DNA of 64,000 bases, from the NCBI RefSeq assembly GCF_006345805.1, contig NC_043003.1, positions 76,322,001-76,386,000 of the forward strand, read 5' to 3'. A model generated the notes under the pieces. It was not told the origin of the DNA, did no database searches, and saw nothing but the letters and a program-made list of their open reading frames with translations. The position numbers and the translations under genes are program-made. The DNA is from Octopus sinensis (taxonomy: Eukaryota). Shown here one piece after another: positions 24,000-38,200 of the stretch; the stretch's first letter is position 1, and each line of letters starts with the position of its first letter.

Positions 24000-26157
24000 T
24001 AATATATATATAGTTGAAATTTACAGAAAGAAAAGACGAAAACAGGTGTATAAACAAGAAGGTGTATTAGTTTGACGCTCGCGAAAGTGAGAAAGTATTT
24101 AAAGTTTCGAGGCTACGTCCTTCAATAGAAGGGAACACGAAAAAATAAACAGAGAAAGAATATAAGAAAACTTGTGAATTTAGTGGTCAAGCATGACCAC
24201 TGTGTGGAAAAAGGTTGTTGGACAGGAGAGCTAGGAAGAAGGGAAGATAATTAAGTTCTGGTGATCCCATACGTAGGTACGTGTTCGTGTGTATATGTGA
24301 GAGTGTGAAGGTGGGTGCTTGTGGATAGGGGCTAGTGATTTTGCCGCTTGTATGTGTGGTTGTGTGTGCGTCTGTAATGTATGGGTGCGTGGATGATGGT
24401 GTGGGTGTTGACAAGTGACCAGTGCTAGTGTGTGTGGAGTGGTGTGGGCTGATGAGATGAGGTGGTATGATGGTATGGGGATGTCTGGGGTAGCGTTGTG
24501 GAGGTGTGGTGTTGTGCGGACGGGGTGTGAGTTTGGGGTGAGAATGTGGAGTTGAGGATGTGGGAATGGGATGTGTGGGGTCGGGGTGTGGATAGAGGGG
24601 GTATCAATGAAGGGAGGTGTGTTGGAGTGAAGAGAAGAAGTAGGTGTCAGATGAAGAGAGGAGAGCAGGGGAGTCATATGAAGATGGGAGTTGAGCACTT
24701 GTGGTGCAAAGGAGCGGAGAGAGACGATTAATTTCTGTTCACGGCGAAGGCTGGAGTCCGGATGGCCCATGTTCAAAGACAATCCGAACACAGACAGGTG
24801 TTGTAATGAATGACCTGTAGAGAGGAAATGGCTTTAGACGGGGGTGTCGTTGCCAAGTCTAATGTCTCAAAAGTGCTCCGCGAACCGTTCGGTCAAGCGG
24901 CATCTCGTTTGACCGATGTATAGAGAAGAACAGAAATAGCAGGAGATGCAGTAAATGATGTTGCTAGAAGTGCAAGTTGAAGAGTCCGCGATGTGATAGG
25001 GTTGATGATGGGTGCCTGTTGGGTTGGTAGTTTTGGAGAGGTAAGGGCAAGCGCAGCAGCATGGGCGGGAGCAGGGGACCGAGCCAGGATGTTAGATGGG
25101 GTTAGGGAAGACACTCTGAACCAGGTTGTCACGTAGGTTGTGGGCTCGTTTGAAGGAGGAAGGGGTATGCTGTGTAAGATGTGCGAAGTGGAGGGGTCGG
25201 ACTGGAGTCACCAGACGGTTCGGAGAACGGTGTGTTGAAGGCTGGTAGGTGAGGAGACGGGCAACTGTGGAGTGCATGCGAGGAGAGAGATAAGAGGCAC
25301 GGTCCATGGAAGTGCATAGTGGTGAGGGGATATCCACGAAAGATGAAGTGGCGAACCATGAGTTGAGACTGAGTCTCAAAATTTATGGTTGTAACTGCAG
25401 AGCCTGCGCACACGGAGGAAATGGGAGTAGGGGATGGAGAGCTTGGTGTAGGTTGAGTGGCAGGAGGAGAATTTAAGGCATCATTGTGTTTGTAGTAGAT
25501 GGAGGTAGTGGGAGCGGAGTTTGTATGTTGACCGATATGTCCAGAAAGGCGACATAAATGTTCGAAATGGTGCAGAAGAATTGGAGGACAGGGTGGAAGG
25601 ACTGCACAAAAGAGAGGAAACAGTCTAGTTGTTTGCGGGAGAGCGAGGTCGCACCGATGCAGTGAATCTTGAAAAAATGTGGGCGTCAACGTAGCCAACC
25701 AACAGGTTCGCATAGTTGGGACGCATTCTCATTTCCATGGTCACTGCCGAGAACTGTTGGCAAAACTCCTCCTTGAACGAGAAACAGTTAAAGGAGAGAA
25801 CAAATTCGGCCAGACGAAGAAGTGTGAACGCGTTTATGTTGGGGGTCGGGTCGAAGCTCTAGGAAGTGTTTCAAGGCAAGAAGTCCTTCGTTGTGTGGGA
25901 TCACCGTATAAAGTCTCTTGATATCAAGAGTGAAGAAAAGTTTAGACGGACCAGAAGAGAAGGAGAAAGAGTTGAAAAGACGGAGAGCATGGTTAGTGTC
26001 GTGGATATGGGAGGGGAGGGAAATCACTGGAGACGGGCAAGGACACGGTCGAGGTATTTCGTGATCAATTCCGTGGCGCAGTCACAGGCGGAGATGATGG
26101 GGCGGTCAGGGTTGTTGACCTTGTGGATTTTGAGAAGGGAGTAAATGGTGGGGGTGT
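24000..26157 (-). mobile_element. Penelope-like element, 5'-truncated and degenerate (RT, GIY-YIG end, 3' tail)
   Basis: The minus strand reads IYSLLKIHKVNNPDRPIISAC.C.TELI.KYLD; HDTNHALRLF...FTLDIKRLYTVIPHNEGLLALKHFL; MRPNYANLLVGY; and a C-terminal REQKLIVSLRSFAPQVLN. The tail carries a decayed hammerhead-like motif at ~24095-24130. Confidence 0.9.
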
Positions 26158-26923
26158 AAATATATATATATATATATGAGTGTGTGTGTGTGTGTGTGTT
26201 CAAATATAAGTAAAGTCAATTAAAGCCAAATCCTCTTTCGTGACTTTATTACACAGTCACAGATATTCGCGCACTCGCGCAACAACACATACACACAGAC
26301 ACTGACAAGCAGCTAATATGGGTCCAACTCATTAAAATCAAACAGACACATATTCATTCAGGAACACAAACATAGCCAAAGAAGCTTTCCAAAGAAAACA
26401 CATATACAGATACATACAAAAGAGAAAATTGACCTTGATATAATCGATAATATTAAACAATGACAAAGCCTAACTTTTTTTTCCTTCGGATCGTCAACTT
26501 GGTCATTTAGAAATTTTGGCAACTTTATTTAGTAATTATCTACAGATTTTCAATACGTTGAAATGCCATTTTACACTTTACATTTTTGCTAGGAGATTCA
26601 TTTATTTACTTTGTTATTGCTTTTTTCTTTCTTCTTTTCTTGCTTTCTTTCTTTCGTTTCATTCATTCCTTCTTTCTTTCTTTGTTTCCTTCTTTCTTTT
26701 TCTTACTTTTTTTCTTTATTGTGTGTCTTTACCAAATGCCAGTCGTTTAGTAACACAACTTTGGATTGTTGCCGGAATATTGATGAGTTTTCCTAAAGAA
26801 GTGTATGTTATTGTATATGCTATTGTGTCTGTTTATATATCTCCACTTATATGTATTAATATATGTGTGTATATATGGATGTATGCATGTGTGTGTGTGT
26901 GAATGTAAGTGTGTGTACATATG

Positions 26924-26924
<1 letters not shown>

Positions 26925-27001
<77 letters not shown>
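26925..27001. repeat. (AGAT)n microsatellite
   Basis: Read directly. This entry is representative: many other (TA)n, (CA)n, (TATG)n, (AGAT)n and (TAC/CAC)n tracts occur, e.g. 2780-2840, 6190-6455, 42765-42905, 55510-55590, 60500-60690, 62925-63050. Confidence 0.98.
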
Positions 27002-27479
27002 TGAATAATATAAACATTGAAGAATACACACACACTCACGCACAAACACACTGAGAAAGAAGCACATCTACATACAGATAAAACATAATTTAGTTGTTCA
27101 ATTTTTCTGTGCTTCTTTTAACGCTTTCAGAAACCTGGTTGGAACTGAGCAGCGCAGCAGCTTTAATGATTGACTGTGGTCGAAGGCTGGAGTCCGGATG
27201 TAGATCGCAGTATGTAGGTTATTAATTTTGCTTTGTTCGTGAGAAGAAATGTTTGTGTTGAAGAAAATAATTTAAGTAGGACTCAATATTCTTTTGAATT
27301 CTAGTTTCATGCCTTGTTTTCGTTGAACATTTAACTTTATATAGCAGATATATACACGTCTATTCAATGATACACGCACATACACACGCGTACACACACG
27401 TTCACATATAAATACATTGATTTATACATATACATACTTAAAAATACATACACACAAATATTCCCATCCCCACATCTTC

Positions 27480-27833
27480 GCACCTACACATACACGCACA
27501 TGTCAAGATCACCAGCCCCCTTTCACACGGACATAGGTACTCTCTCACACACATACGCACCTTCGTTTTGGGATCACTACTACTTTGTTATCTCCCCTAA
27601 TTCTTAGCTCGACTGTGTGACCCTTCTGTCCGGCATTCGTCATGATATATCGCTAGTCACTACACACATTTTTTTCTCTCTTTGCTTCTCTCATTGTTTC
27701 TTTCTGTGTTCCTTTCTGTGGAAGAGCGAAGGTTCGAGACGTTAAAGACCCTTTCAATTCCCGAGCGTTATACTAATACATCTGTGTGTTTTCTACACCA
27801 CCTGTCTTCGCCTTTTGTTTTTCTTTTGTGAAT

Positions 27834-27835
<2 letters not shown>
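27480..27835 (+). mobile_element. Solo Penelope-type 3' tail (pLTR-like)
   Basis: Aligns with the reverse complement of 24000-24300 (ggatcac...cttagctc...tgttcctttctgtggaagagc...cgagcg.ta.actaataca...cacctgt.ttcg). Confidence 0.7.
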
Positions 27836-27909
<74 letters not shown>

Positions 27910-30900
27910 GAGAGAGAGAGAGAGGTGGGAGGTAAGATGCGATGAAAAAAGATTATAGATGGCTACATACGTAGATATCTCAAAGCCAGATGAGCATATT
28001 AATCTACAATATGCATTAAATATAATTTACTGAGTGCAGATACCTAGTGTTTATTTTCATTTTATTATCGAGCCGTATGCTTCATCTGTTGTCTTATCAG
28101 AAGAAACTAGTGAAAGTGAACAATTAATTTATATATATTAATATTACTAACATCATGCGTTCAATGTAGAGAAAAGAATAATGCAGGGGAGGCGTCGAGT
28201 GTAATAATAATATTAAGTATTTAAAATGGCAACAAAATTATACATAGAAATTAGACCAGTGTAATAAGACTGTGAATGTGACAGGTAATACCGATAATAA
28301 TCAAAGTATTATTAATGAGATATTAAAGTAGTGAAGTTACTAATTGAAAGATGCAAATACAAATAGAGATAATGTAAATGCTGTAGATGTTAATATACAA
28401 ATATACTGGGAATGATAGATATAAATACATGTAAAAGCGTCAGAGGTGGAAGGCGAGTGAAAGGAGGAAAAATGCAAATTGGGGTTTCTGCTCAAAATTT
28501 TGCATATATAGAAGGGAATGAATGAAATACACGAAAATGATTAAAATGTAAAAGAATTTTAGAAAGTGTAAAAAATAATACGTTTAAAAAGTAGTTAGGC
28601 CATGCCAAGAAATTAAGTCATTTTGGACTGACTTATAGTGTGGGCGGAATGCTTACTATGATAGAAAATGCTTCACGCAACCTTACTTCTCATGCCTATA
28701 TAGAATGTTTTTATTTCAGGATGTTTTAGTTTTCGCTAGCCCAGCAGTCCTGCTTTACTTTGTGAGGTCTCCAGGGAGGAATAATTCTTGGAAAATTTTA
28801 TCCCTAACACTTTAATTCTTAACACTTGGTCATTGCTACTACCCAAATAATACCATATGATTCTCTAAAACTATATGAACTTATTTGTGCCTCTTCCTCC
28901 CTCTATTATTTTGACATGGAAGCTGAAATCTGATATCGTGATAACGCAGATTTTCAACTATATCTAACTGATATCCTCTATAGATCATGGAAGTAACGAA
29001 ACTGTTTCTATCTCTACTGCTCATGCAAATGAATTGTGAGACGTTGTGAGTCGTTATCTATTGTAACAGTAGTACTCCTATTGCCATATTAAAAAAAGAA
29101 TCCGATGTAATATTCATATACTCTTTCAACGTCTTATTCTGACAGATAGTTCTATTTTTGATGCATTCCCATTAAACATATTTATTCAAAGTTTTGCTGA
29201 ATGTTCACAGATAATTATGTTATCTCTCCTCGTTGATATTGTTACTGTATTTTATCTTGAGGGAATCTGGCTGATGCATTCTGATGTCACTTGTCCATTT
29301 CATTACGCATAATGCACCAAAATAATATAAAATATTCCTGGGAATGGTTACTTTACGTAGCTATTGTTATTCTTCGTCCCTTAAAAGAGCAATTTTGAAC
29401 CTAATTCATAAACATGGATTAGATTCAAAATTGGTCTTTAGCAAATGTATAGTTAATAATTAGAGAACGAATTGCTTCAATCGCAGCTTTGAATTCGTGT
29501 TTTAAATTAGTTATTAATTTCTCAATCAAGTACTCCGTGAGTAGAATTTCCATCTATGGATGTATGTATGACTGTAAGTGTGTTTGCATTTCAGATTTAT
29601 ATAAGTTCTTTGCAGAATTCAAACAATCTATTAACCAATGTCAATGCTTTCTTGTTTTATTCACGACAGAACCAGTGTTTTTTGAAGGAGTGAGTAGGTT
29701 ATAGTTTATATGTATGGAGGTGTATATGTGTATATAAATATAATGTATTTTTTCTCTAGTATGAATATACTGTATTGAGCACCAATGCTTCTGTGCGTAT
29801 ATATGTGCTTAGCTGTCTATCAGTGTGTATGTGTTTAATTAGCTTTCATGTATATGTGTATGATATATGCACACAAGTGATGGCATACATATGTTCATTC
29901 TACAAACTATTTATTGTATTACTGATCGAGTGAATTATGAGGATGCGAGTGAATTACGTGTATGTTCGTTCTTAGAAAACACAAGAGTTTCGATGTTTTT
30001 ATGCTATTCTTTTCTTAAAAGCATAGTGAGCTTATTATGCATGTATGTAAGCTGCCTCACTCTGATAACTGTTCATATAGAATTTATGAGTTCATGTATA
30101 TTCAGACATTTAAATACAAGCTTATCTATTTGAAAATACCGAGTACTATCGTTGCATTCGTATCATTATATTGTATATATTAGAAGTTTTAGTTTAATAT
30201 CTTAGTATTTTGCATTGCCCCTTTATAAATGAAAATTCTATAGAATTTATTTGAAATTCATTAGCCAATCCTTACGCAAAATGTATGGATACAGGTCATG
30301 TGTGCATATCGGTGGGAGAACAAAAAGTTATGTAACGCTAATACATGGATGTATATACTTTTCTTATTTGTAAGTGAGCAGAAGTTACCGCACATTACAT
30401 AAAGAAGGGCAGAGACAAAAGTGTGCGTTATTTAAGGAAATAATTTACATAAATGGAAAGAAGCGACCAAAGATGCATGCATGTAAATGCGAGTGATTAT
30501 AACTGGTCCCCTTCTCGTCAATGTTCAGTCGACGACTGGCGAAGAAAAGAGACAGGAAGAAGTGGCTGGTTCAGATGTGCGAATCCGTTTAGTTAAAGAG
30601 CACATGTGGACATGTTTTAAAATCCCATCGTATCTTAGTGGATGTGTAATAGTAAAGGCAGATGTGTAAGTGTTTGTATATGAAGGTGAATATTTGTGTA
30701 GTGGTGGGGATGAAGAGGAGTGGCTTTCTAGGGACGATGGCGGTTTTGCAAAGTGATATAAGTAATTTATGAGCGAATAGTGAGGGCGCTAGTGAAAAAA
30801 TGCAGAATATATAAATACATAGATAGGTGTATTCATTAAACTGAGTATATCTTGTATGTACAATTACACATACGACTGTTACTGTTGAGTTTATAGTTCT

Positions 30901-32261
30901 ACGTAGATTATCGGCATCCAGTCTACTACTAGTATAGTGGTTTGGCTGCAGCCGTAATTAGTAGTGTTTCTCGTTTTGATATATAGAGCAGCGTAGCAGA
31001 AATTACGATAAATATAAGTTAATATATGTTCCTCCGTACGTTTCACCTTTGTCGTTTGGAAGTTTACATTGGAGGTTACAAGTACAATTCGATGCTTAAC
31101 CATGGTGGAGCACAGGGGAATACTTTATTACATTGTATTTCAAGGAACTAATATCAGAGAAGCGACATTAATACACTCTAATGTAACTGGACTTGGTACA
31201 TCCAGTACAAATTCCAAAGAACGACAATGCTGAAACGTACTTGGGAATAAATGCTATATACGTGTCTTTAGTGTAATTTCTCTTGTATTATGGAGGAAGA
31301 TATTAACGTATACATCTTTTTGAATATGTATTAGTATAAGATTGATAATAACCAGAATGTTTTTCTTTCCCTTTGCTTTCAGAAGTGATGGTGTATCGAT
31401 AGTTACTAATAAAGCAGGTTGGCGTATCCATATATTTTAACAATATTGTAAATTTGTAAATGGCATCTAAATCTTAAAGAAGATCTATAATTTAGAACTG
31501 CCTTAATTTCTGAAAATTACGGATGAGTGATATTCTTGCAATGTGCCTTTAGAAATACATTTACAAACTATCCAAGGCCACGAACACAGTGAGTATTGTG
31601 ACAACGTAGGGCTATGTTGCTTATTCTGTGGGATCGAATTGGGAATTTCATGATTGAGAAACAAAATTGTTATCTATTCGACCGTGCTTTCAATTTGTAT
31701 ATTCCTACATTAGTTATTCCTAAACAGCATAAAACGAAAATATAATGTATATGATGTAGTAAAAGTTTTACGTCATTATCCAATTCAGTAATTCCGTTCT
31801 CTTAACATAGTAAAGAAGCGTAGTTTAATTACGCATCTGATACAAGTTTTATTAATGATATTTACTCCCAGTTGCATTGACGACCCAGAAGTCTAATACG
31901 ATGAGGGCATTTGGTAATTCTTTCATTAGATTCAGTAATTAGCTTTGTAATTAATTGAATAATTGAATTAATATTTCAGCGCTTAAATGAAAATTGATAT
32001 AAAGTTGAGTGCTACACATAATTTATATTAATTATAAATGTTACTAAATATATGTCCTTGCATACACACATGCGTGCGCATGCTTGGGTGTGCGTTTCGA
32101 ATATAGTGTACAACGATTTCAGGTCGTTTCTTGTTTTTGATAGTTTGAAATACAACATATATAAGTGTGTATGTATATATATATATATATAATATATATA
32201 TATATATATAATATATATATATGTGTGTGTGTGTGTGTCTGTGTGTCTGTGTGTGTGTGTG

Positions 32262-32415
32262 TGATTCTGATTGTCCCCCCACCTATCATCGCCTGATAAC
32301 TGATGTTGGCATATTTACGTCCCCTCAAAAGAGAATGATAGAATAAGTTCTAAGCTTACAAAGAATAGGTCCTGGGGTCGATCCGCGCGACTAAAATCGG
32401 TGCTCCAGTGCTTAG
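32262..32415 (+). mobile_element. SINE family B, 3' half
   Basis: tttacgtcccc...gatagaataag...cctggggtcgat...cgactaaa..cggtgctccag. Confidence 0.75.
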
Positions 32416-32419
32416 TAGC

Positions 32420-34135
32420 AGAAGAATATATATATATATGTGAAGATGTACTATTTACGAATAGTACAATTAATAACAACAATAGTTATAATAACAATGA
32501 TTGTAATGATAACGTTAATGATAGTAATAATCTAGAAACTCCCTTCTCTAACCTCTCCTCTCACGATATTAATTCTTCCATTCCTGAACACATTCCCCAA
32601 ACTTCATATTGTAACTGCCATCCTGGAACGATCTGCCCGTTACAGACCCATTACAGAAGATATAATGTAATTTACAAATGCACTGTCCTTACTCTATTGC
32701 ACAACTCTACTGCTATATACATAGGATCAACCAAAAATTTTAAGCAACAATATATCGCTCACCTCCATTCCTTTAGATACGATAAACATAGTAAATCTAC
32801 AACACTAGCCAACCACATACATCATCTGAAAAATACAAATATGCTCAATACTCTATCATGGTCCATACAGGATTCAGGGCTTCCCTACCGAGATCAACGC
32901 TCAACCTGCAAGCTTGAGGCACTAAGCACTCCGCTTTTTTACACATTCAAATTCTACCACAAATCCAAATGCCTAAATTACCATACGATATATTTCCACA
33001 TTACCCCATAGGTAATCCCAATAACCTTATAAACCTACATTTTAACTACTAATTCCTATCGAATTCTTATTTCATACTCGAATATCACAACCATTTAATT
33101 ATATCCGTGTGCATATATGTGCGTGTGTATGTATGTATGAGTATATGTTTATGTGTGAATGTATGTATGTATGCAAGGAATATATACATGCGTGTGCAGG
33201 GGCAGATACACGTATATATGGGTATACGTATGTACATATACATATGAGTACGAATTGTATGTGTAGATGTTGATATGTATAAATATATGTATAAATATAT
33301 ATATATATACATGTTTAATATATGCATCTGTATACATCCTCACATATATATTTGCTTCTACTACTAAGCACTGATCAGTCCAACCAACCTAAACTTATTC
33401 CCAAATTCTTCATTCCACAATATTACCACCCCTACCCACTCTCTCTGCCCCATCACTTACGCTCTATCACTACATACCTGACACTCTTATACATCTGACA
33501 CTATTATAAATCTCTCTCTCTCTCTCTCTATCACCCACATTCTTTCTATCTGGTACTCCTTTAATCTTTACCCTATCATCTCATATCTTTCTCTCTCTGT
33601 CACCCCCACCCCCTCATTCCTACTATCAATTTATTTTGACTGACCACTAACTGATACACTTTCCCTCTCTTCGTCTCTTTATTACATCTCTCCTTGCTTT
33701 ACTTTTTTCTTCTCTTTTCTTTATTCCTCTCTTCCTATTTTCGATTTGACCTTACAAAAACATCCCCTACTTTTATGTCACTTTAAATAAACCTTCGTTT
33801 CAATAGCACTATGTACAAATTCTATGCTTGAAATGACCAATTTTAAAAACTATTGGAATTTACTCACAAAGTATTGGAATCTTATATGTATACCATTCTG
33901 CATAAATAATGGATCTACGAATGCAATATCCCTGGATATCTCACGTCTATTTTCATTCCTCCACTTCACTCTCTATTTTATATTTTATCCAAATTAACTA
34001 TTGTTTAACCATTTTGTCACACCATCTCCGATGAAGGGATATAAAAGATATCCCGGAAATAGCTGTAAGACCTTCTATTTATGAATGTTCTAAAATCTTC
34101 ACACCCTTGGTATTTTTTATCTCATTCTGAAAAAA
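32420..34135 (+). mobile_element. Penelope-like element: GIY-YIG endonuclease fragment and 3' tail
   Basis: ORF 32400-33011 contains CNC....CPL....NVIYKCTV..YIGSTKNFKQQY..H..SFR...STTLANHIHHLK...LSWSI...Y...STC. The tail has a hammerhead-like motif at 34025-34070. Confidence 0.85.
34025..34070 (+). ncRNA. Hammerhead-ribozyme-like motif (minimal type I), imperfect
   Basis: ccgatga-a-GGGATAT-aaaag-ATATCCC-g-gaaa-tagctgt-a. It has a perfect 7-bp stem II and a palindromic stem III, but a U4C change, a non-Watson-Crick pair at the base of stem II and only a 3-bp stem I. Confidence 0.5.
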
Positions 34136-34907
34136 GATTATATATATATATATATGCATGTATATATCGGTTGGCGTATGTGTATCAGCAGTTTGAGCGT
34201 CACTATAAAATGTAAACAACATTGTTGAACACCAGATTTTATGCCACGATGTAGAAGTGATCTCATTAACTTTATCTATCTTAGACTTCTGAAAAGGTCT
34301 ACGAAGAAATAACTCCCACCTCCCACTGACACAGAGCGTTGTAAACTACAACTATTTATAAATTAGACATCCGGTAAACAGGTGAATCTGTCTTGCACAT
34401 TCTGAAAAGGTTGATTAATTTATTCGTTCTTAGGGCACTACACTCGGATAATTTAAATGTTCGTCTATTTTTGATAAGCATAATGTTTTACCATCCTTGT
34501 GAAACCTAAACATGTTTGCCATTTCGGGTGACTCCTAATTTTGAATAGAATATGTAAATGTGTGGGCTAGTGTGTGTGTGTATGTGTGTGGAAAATCCTA
34601 CAGGGATCAAATTCCCATATCTTTCTCTGAAGTAAGATAAATAAATACTAGCATGGGTAGTTTTCTATAAAAATGCATAGAGCGTTTCACTGATGATTTG
34701 TAATATTTGTTATGGGTTTGACCCTCCCGAGGTCATGTGCCGTGGATATAACCGATGAGAGCATTTGGAAAATTCTTTACACGAGTAACCGGGTTAACAG
34801 CTCCATCTGGTCTCTGGTGCCTTGCAAACATCAAAGTAAGTCTCTGGTGTGAGAATACATTCTTTACTTTCTTCTCTTGAGTAAGATTCTCTCTAGTCTA
34901 TCACTGG

Positions 34908-35290
34908 TGGAGGCGCAATGGCCCAGTGGTTAGGGCAGCGGACTCGCGGTCGTAAGATCGTGGTTTCGATTCCCAGACCGGGCGTTGTGAGTGTTTATTG
35001 AGTGAAAACACCTAAAGCTACACGATGCTCCGGCAGGGATGGTGATGATCCTTGCTGTACTCTTTCACCACAACTTTCTCTCACTCTTACTTCCTGTTTC
35101 TGTTGTACCTGTATTTCAAAGGGCCGGCCTTGTCACTCTCTGTGTCACGCTGAATATCCCCGAGAACTACGTTAAGGGTACACGTGTCTGTGGAGTGCTC
35201 AGCCACTTACACGTTAATTTCACGAGCAGGCTGTTCCGTTGATTCGGAGCAACCGGAACCCTCGTCGTCGTAACCGACGGAGTGCTTCCC
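34908..35290 (+). mobile_element. Full-length tRNA-Arg-like SINE (family R) with 13-bp TSD
   Basis: Head tggaggcgcaatggcccagtggttagggcagcggactcgcgg...ggtttcgattccc has A and B boxes and a TCG anticodon position. TSD AGTCTATCACTGG at 34895-34907 and 35291-35303. Confidence 0.95.
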
Positions 35291-38200
35291 AGTCTATCAC
35301 TGGCTCTAGACTAGCCTATAAAAAAATAGAATTAATCTTATCATTCTTTCTCTTCGCTGCGGATGTCATCACATGCTCTGGACCCTGACAAATGTTGCTA
35401 CTTCGTATCATAGTAGACCAAGTAACTCTACAAAAACCCGAAACTCCCGAACTAGGTTCTCACGACCGTATGCTGTTTGAAGTCATATCATGACATATCA
35501 GTGGATATAATAATATTTATATTGGAATTGTTTTCACTCACTACACAAATATATCAGTGTCCTCTTATACAGCTTCTTTGGTTAGTGTTTTCAACATTAT
35601 TTATTCGTTTGCTGATATCATATTTAGAATATAACGTCCCTTCATATTCCACTTTGTTTCTTACAAAGATGAGAAATCTGAGAATTGCTCAAATGCAGTA
35701 GTGATTATTTGGCCTTTCACTTGCAGCAAGTACGTATTTGAATTAATTAATATTTATATCAAGAAATAAAGGTAGACATTATGATGTATGCAGAACCTCC
35801 AATAAATTCTTACAACAAATCCATTGATATTTTGATTTAACTTTTAAATGCCCAAGCCTTTACGGGAAACCAAGAATAAAGTTTCAAAGTTGCATTCTAC
35901 GGAGAAAGCATTAAATGCTTTTTCGTTTGTTTGTACGTGTGTGGTTGTATGTGTGTGCGCACGCCAAGAGACATTTGAATTTAATTACAGTAGATATTTT
36001 GCATAGTATAGGCTTCGTCATGAACGTTGTGTCTTTTTACTTCAGAACATTTGTAAGTGTTGTTGAACAGATAGATAGCGGAGATAGAGGATACAGAAAA
36101 GTGTTCGTAGGATGTCAACAAGTGAAGTTTTAATAAAATTCTAATGTTATTTAGAATCTCTGTAGAAGATGATGTAGAATTTCTAGCAGCTTCATGGTCC
36201 ATAATATAAGAACAGAACTGAATCTTATGGTTGGTGAGTAAGTTCTCGTAAAGTTTCAGAAAATTTTTACTATATGCATTCCTACAAATACGTAACAGGG
36301 TTCTTTACAAGTAGAGAAACTAAAAAGTGAAGAGCAAAATATATTTTCCGAAAAAATCACTTACATCATACTTTGATTGATTTTTAGAAATTTACCCACA
36401 GAAGTTTACACATACTTTGATTGCTTTTTAGAAATTCAGTAGCATGACGTGGGCCACAGTCTTTACCTTCCATATCCGTAAAATAGATCCAATGACGGTT
36501 CTCAGCTCGCCGAAGACGTCTATATATGTTCACTAGAAGTGTTCTAATTTGCAACTATATCTTCCTCAAATTACATCCCCGTGTCTTAATCAAATAGAGG
36601 AAACATTGTATAAATGCAGCTGCCGATATCTGAAAAATATGATGGATGATCATGGCTGGAATGTTTTCTATGATAGAGCTGCTGATTCATTGTAAACCAA
36701 GTTGCTAAACAACAACTCAGTTTTATAATTTTCCATATTCTTTAGTGTGATGGCGTCTGTAAAGATTACCGGGAGATTCTAAATTCTGACATACAATATT
36801 TTCGCTCTCATACTGAATCACCCAGCATGCATTTCTAATTTACTTGCAAATCAATTTTGTAATGCAGTTTTGATTGGAGTTATGTATATGTAACTGATGG
36901 AGTTATGTATATGTAAGTCTTGCAAGTCGTCACTTCCCTTAGTAAAATCATATACGGTGGTATCTAATATTATAAAAAGAAAGTTTAAGGTCAACTGAAT
37001 CGACTTCTGTTTCATTTGGCGCATTGTTCTGTTTAAATTCTGTGTGCGCATCTGAGTGTTCGAGCGCGCATTTATGTATGTATGTATGTATGTATGTATG
37101 TATGTATATACGTTGGCCTACATGTATGTATGTAGGCATGCATATTTGAATATATTTATGTATGTATATATGCATGTATGTATGCATGCATGTATGTATG
37201 CATGCTTGTATGTATGTATGTTGTCATGCATGTATGTATGCGTATACATAATATATAAAGAGAGTGGAGAGAAAAAGAGAGAGGGAGTGAGAGATAATTA
37301 GATAGATAGACAAACAGACAGACATAAGACAGACAGACAGACAGACTGATAGATCGATAGATAGATATATAGATAGATAGATTGATACATACATACATAT
37401 ACATACATATATATATGTACATATTTGAATGTGTATGTATGCATACAAGACAGAGTAACAGATTAATAATACTTGGTACTAACTATTGCAATAGTAAGTA
37501 TAAAGCAAATTTTTATTGTTGTCGTTATTCATGCTGCTGTTGATTAGAATGCTGATACTATTGATTAGATGTATATTACGCGTAATGGAATCGACCTATG
37601 ATCAAACGCTTTCCAACAGTGTCATAATGTTCATACAGAGAGCTGTATCGTCATCATCGCTTATTTATTTCTACCTCCATTTAAAGTAGTATTAAGTGTT
37701 AAATGAAATGTGGTTCTTTCAGGTTCAATGACCATGTAGATGTTTGTTGGTAATACAATAGTAACAGTTGGTCCCCTCCACTAAACTCCCCTCTCTAATA
37801 TTGGCGAAGATGCATCACATTTGTTTGTCTGCTTTGTAAAGTATGCTACAATACTGCGGATATCAATAGATTGCGATTGATAAACAATAGGAATATATTT
37901 ATTACAATTTTGTTTCTTTCTATTTTCTCCTTAGTTTCAATTATCTTCTGTGTAATGAATAATGGTCGAATTTAATTGAACAAGAATTTGATTTTCCTGA
38001 AAGATTTCAATTCAATTTTAGATTTCATTAGTAACTTAATGTACGTTCACTTCGAACTAATTGTCAAAGTGAAAAACCAAATGAAGAGAGAAAATGAAAA
38101 TAGCGTAATGTATAATAGAGAAAATAGAAAATAGAAAACATTAGAACCGATATGAAAAGAGACGAAGCGATAAAATAAGAACAATAGTTACTAAAAAATT

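Noticed and set aside
31383-31417. 35-nt micro-exon SDGVSIVTNKA
   Set aside because: Good acceptor but weak donor (gttggc) and no supporting neighbours.
34908-34985. tRNA-Arg gene (also the heads at 15274, 15640 and 43400)
   Set aside because: The tRNA-like sequence continues into a SINE body flanked by TSDs, and I cannot form a convincing acceptor stem.
36467-36543. Minus-strand exon candidate TLLVNIYRRLRRAENRHWIYFTDME
   Set aside because: Short and unrecognised; cannot be distinguished from chance.
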